Assembly (NCBI GenBank): GCA_030141605.1
Contig: JAQGDQ010001205.1
Span: forward strand, 19,026 to 55,616
DNA: 36,591 nucleotides
DNA from: Tubiluchus corallicola
Lineage: Eukaryota; Animalia; Priapulida
Direction of reading: 5' to 3'
This document shows, in pieces, positions 32,997 through 36,591 of this stretch. The notes under the pieces were generated by a model that saw nothing but the letters and a program-made list of their open reading frames with translations, searched no databases and had not been told where the DNA came from. Each line of letters begins with the position of its first letter. Position 1 is the first letter of the stretch. The translations under genes were made by a program, and so were the position numbers.

Positions 32997-33675
32997 GGGG
33001 TGGGAGAGGCAGAGGGACAATTGCCACCCTTGCATTATTGTAAGCACACCGAGTTTGTGTAACAGGGGGTGAGGGAGGCAGAGGGACAATTGCCACCCTT
33101 GCATTATTGTAAGCACACCGACTTTGTATAACAGGGGGTGGGGGAGGCAGAGGGACATTTGCCACCCTTGCATTATTGTAAGCACACCGAGTTTGTGTAA
33201 CAGGAGGAGGGGAGGCAGAGGGACAATTGCCACCCTTGCATTATTGTAAGCACACCGACTTTGTGTAACAGTGGTGATGCAGAGGGACAATTGCTACCCT
33301 TGCATTATTGTAAGCACACCGACTTTGTATAACAGGGGGTGGGGGATGCTGAGGGACAATTGCCACCCTTGCATTATTGTAAGCACACCGACTTTGTGTA
33401 ACAGGAGGTGGGGAGGCAGAGGGACAATTGCTACCCTTGCATTATTGTAAGCACACCGAGTTTGTATAACAGGGGGTGAGGGAGGCAGAGGGACAATTGC
33501 CACCCTTGCATTATTGTAAGCACACCGACTTTGTATAACAGGGGGTGAGGGAGGCAGAGGGACAATTGCCACCCTTGCATTATTGTAAGCACACCGAGTT
33601 TGTGTAACAGGGGGTGAGGGAGGCAGAGGGACAATTGCCACACTTGCATTATTGTAAGCACATGACTTTGTACAA
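32997..33675. repeat. ~69-bp G-rich minisatellite, ~10 copies
   Basis: GAGGGACA(A/T)TTGC recurs at 33012, 33081, 33150 ... 33626. Confidence 0.92.
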
Positions 33676-33966
33676 GCAGTACAAAAATAGGAAGAAATAA
33701 GGAAAGGTAAATGAGCAAAAATGGTCAGAAAATGAAATTATTTCTTAGCTATTTGCTCTGTTTTTACTTACTAACATTCAAAAATGTAGAATTGTAGATT
33801 CTATACGTAGATATTTGTAATCGCAAATTGCTTTTGTGTCAATAAACTAATGTTTCTAGATGGTGTTCTTAAATCGTAAACCTGTTACATAGTCTTAATA
33901 ATGATATTCAATAAGGATATTGCATTTTTAACTGTAAATTTTAGTTTTCCTTTCTTTTTGATACAG

Positions 33967-35072
33967 GTGTCTCCTCCTTATGTGACAAATCATTTTCTGT
34001 GCGAGGTCATCTTCTCAGTCACATGAACACTCATACTGCAATGAAACCCCTCAAATGTAACTTATGTGACAAATCATTTTCTCGGCGAGGTAATCTTCTC
34101 AGTCACATGAACACTCATACTGGAATGAAACCTCACAAATGTGACTTGTGTGGCAAATCATTTTCTCGCCGTGATTATCTTCTCACGCACATGAACACTC
34201 ATACTGGAATGAAACCCCACAAATGTGACTTATGTGGCAAATCATTTTCTGAGCGAGGTAATCTTCTGAAGCACATGAACATTCATACTCGAATGAAACC
34301 TCACAAATGTGACTCGTGTGACAGGTCATTTTCTGAGCGAGGTAATCTTCTCAAGCACATGAACACTCACACTGGAATGAAACCCCACAAATGTGACTTA
34401 TGTGACAAATCATTTTCTGAGCGAGGTAATCTTTTCAGGCACATGAACACTCACACAGGAATGAAACCCCACAAATGTGATTTATGTGACAAATCATTTT
34501 CTCAGCGAGGTCATCTTCTCAGGCACATGAACGCACATACTGGAATGAAACCCCACAAATGTGACTTATGTGACAAATCATTTTTTCAGCGAGGTCATCT
34601 TCTCAGTCACATGAACATTCATACTGGAATGAAACCTCACAAATGTGACTTGTGTGACAAATCATTTTCTCAGCAAGGTAGTCTTCTCATGCACATGAAC
34701 ACTCATACTGGAATGAAATCCCACAAATGTGACTTATGTGAGAAATCATTTTCTCAGCGAGGTAGTCTTGTCATGCACATGAACACTCACACTGGAATGA
34801 AGCCCCACAAATGTGACTTATGTAACAAATCATTTTCTCTGCGATGTAGTCTTCTCAGGCACATGAACACACACATTGGAATGAAGCCTCACAAATGTGA
34901 CTTATGTGACAAATCATTTTCTCAGCAAGGTAATCTTCTCAGTCACTTGAACACTCACTCTGAAATGAAACCCCACAAATGTGACTTATGTGACAAATCA
35001 TTTTCTCAGCGAGGTAGTCTTCTCAGGCACATGAACACACATAGTGGAATGAAACCTCGCAAATGTGACTAA
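33967..35072 (+). CDS. Tandem C2H2 zinc-finger array exon: 12 complete near-identical 84-bp fingers plus a leading half finger
   Basis: Unit HKCDLCDKSFSxRGxLLxHMNTHTGMKP. Acceptor TTTCTTTTTGATACAG ends at 33966. True start unknown (the ORF track uses GTG 33999; first in-frame ATG is 34023). Confidence 0.82.
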
Positions 35073-35500
35073 TGTGACAAATCATTTTCTCAGCGAGGTA
35101 GTCTTCTCAGGCACATGAACACACATAGTGGAATGAAACCTCGCAAATGTGACTAATGTGACAAATCATTTTCTCAGCGAGGTCACCTTCTCAGTCACAT
35201 GAACACACATAGTGGAATGAAACCCCACAAATGTGACTGTGACAAATCATTTTCTCAGCGAGGTCATCTTCTCAGTCACATGAACGCACATACTGGAATG
35301 AAGCCTCACAAATGTGACTAATGTGACAAATCATTTTCTCAGCGAGGTAATCTTCTCAAGCACATGAACACTCAAACCGAGAAATGTGTCAACATAAACA
35401 TTACAACATGTGAGTCAACATGTTACAGGTGCCACAGCATAATAAACTGGAATGAAACCATACAAATGTGACCTGTGTGACAAATCATTTTCTTGGCAAA
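35073..35500 (+). pseudogene. Disabled continuation of the finger array (about 4 further units and a remnant)
   Basis: Same 84-bp unit with GACTAATGT (TTA>TAA) at ~35070, ~35154 and ~35319, and a 3-nt deletion at ~35237. Confidence 0.8.
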
Positions 35501-35561
35501 GTAATAATAACTAATAATAAAGTAATAATACAAAACTAATAGTAACTCGTTTTTTCTTCTA

Positions 35562-35660
35562 CAGTCAAACCTCTGTTTTCAACCATAATTCGTTCCTAAA
35601 AAGTGTTTGCAATCCATTTCGTTGAGAACCGAATCATTTATTCTCATAAGAAATAATGTA
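35562..35660 (+). mobile_element. Possible Tc1/mariner-pogo-like element left end
   Basis: TA|CAGTCAAACCTC...CATAATTCGTTCC resembles pogo/Tigger-type termini. No matching right end found. Confidence 0.4.
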
Positions 35661-36089
35661 AAAGCAAATAATCCATTCTCAAGCACCAAATGAACTGTAA
35701 AGTATTACTAAAACAAAATATAATAATGCAAAAATGTTTATTCAAACAGTAGATACATGATATAATTGATAAGAAAAACATAATAGAATTACAGTGAAAG
35801 AAAAACATGATTGTTCCTGCATGAAAAGCACTTTGCGATGTTAGGCAATTCAAATGTTGTACATGACTCTTGCAGAGCACATGCGCTCATCACGTGTTTG
35901 GCGGTTGGTCGAGTACGGAGACGTTCGACAACGGAGGTATGACTGTACTTATTTAAAAAAATGGAAGTACACAAAATACAGAATTTGATTCACAACTAAT
36001 GCGCTTTGGGTATTGCACCATTCTTTATGCTGCTACATGTGTCACTGTCGGATTTAATTGATAATTTCGACTAATCGCAGATATTTAAC

Positions 36090-36589
36090 TTTTCTCGGTA
36101 GACGTGCTAAAATCTAGCCCACATCATCGTGTAGCCCCATTCTTCCTCTTTCTAAAGAACTCTATATCTCCTTCCGAGAGTCCCACCAGGCGATGCTAGA
36201 ACGTTTTTCCCGCATGCTGTTTGGTTAAAATTTCGAAAAAGTCGCGAGTTGGGTCCGGGAAAACGCCCGTTACGGGACGCCGTGGCCCTCTCGGGAATTC
36301 TAAATATGCCTACTACACCCACCGCTGAACGGGCTATCTATCCATAGCCAGCGCCACCTATGGCCCGTTCCCGTTCTTCAGATCTCAGCCGTATAACTTT
36401 TGCAAAAAACGGCCGAAAAATGGCCATTTTTGGAGGTTTTTCGCCTCCCCCTCGTTCCTCCCGGTGGGCCCCATTCGAAAAATAAACCATCAATGGCACG
36501 ACACTAGATCGAGACCTTTCGTTTGATATATAGATCGCCGCAAATGGTGCCCTCGTCCGGGCTGTAGCCTCGAATCTTATATATTAAGA
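36090..36589 (-). mobile_element. Third Helitron-like copy (5' part)
   Basis: Homologous to 28790-29270. On the minus strand it begins A|TCTTAATATATAAG, the canonical 5' TC. Confidence 0.68.
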
Positions 36590-36591
36590 TA

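Noticed and set aside
32940-33718. Proline-rich or repetitive ORFs on the minus strand
   Set aside because: Products of the 69-bp minisatellite, with frames shifting between units.
33967-35072. Calling this gene PRDM9
   Set aside because: Only the array pattern is similar; no PR/SET, KRAB or SSXRD exon is recognisable in the window.

Overview
AT-rich animal (invertebrate-looking) genomic DNA; not prokaryotic. From left to right: (1) a full-length, apparently intact RTE/BovB-type LINE (about 20-4104) with an 11-bp target-site duplication and a candidate HDV-like self-cleaving ribozyme at its 5' end; (2) a large inverted duplication (left arm from before the window start to about 12370, right arm about 16700 to at least 23400, unique 4.3-kb spacer) carrying two divergent copies of a 14-finger C2H2 zinc-finger gene around a bidirectional promoter-like island; (3) a 967-aa uninterrupted ORF on the minus strand that fuses about 12 ankyrin repeats to a Mab-21/cGAS-like nucleotidyltransferase with intact catalytic acidic residues, i.e. 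an ankyrin-cGLR candidate innate-immune receptor and the most interesting coding feature here; (4) a minisatellite-like C2H2 finger array whose variation sits at DNA-contacting positions and whose 3' units share a stop codon. The rest is MITEs (hAT-like and others), Helitron-like elements, tRNA-derived SINEs, a truncated LINE and minisatellites. All calls come from motifs read by eye; no database search was run and repeat boundaries are approximate.
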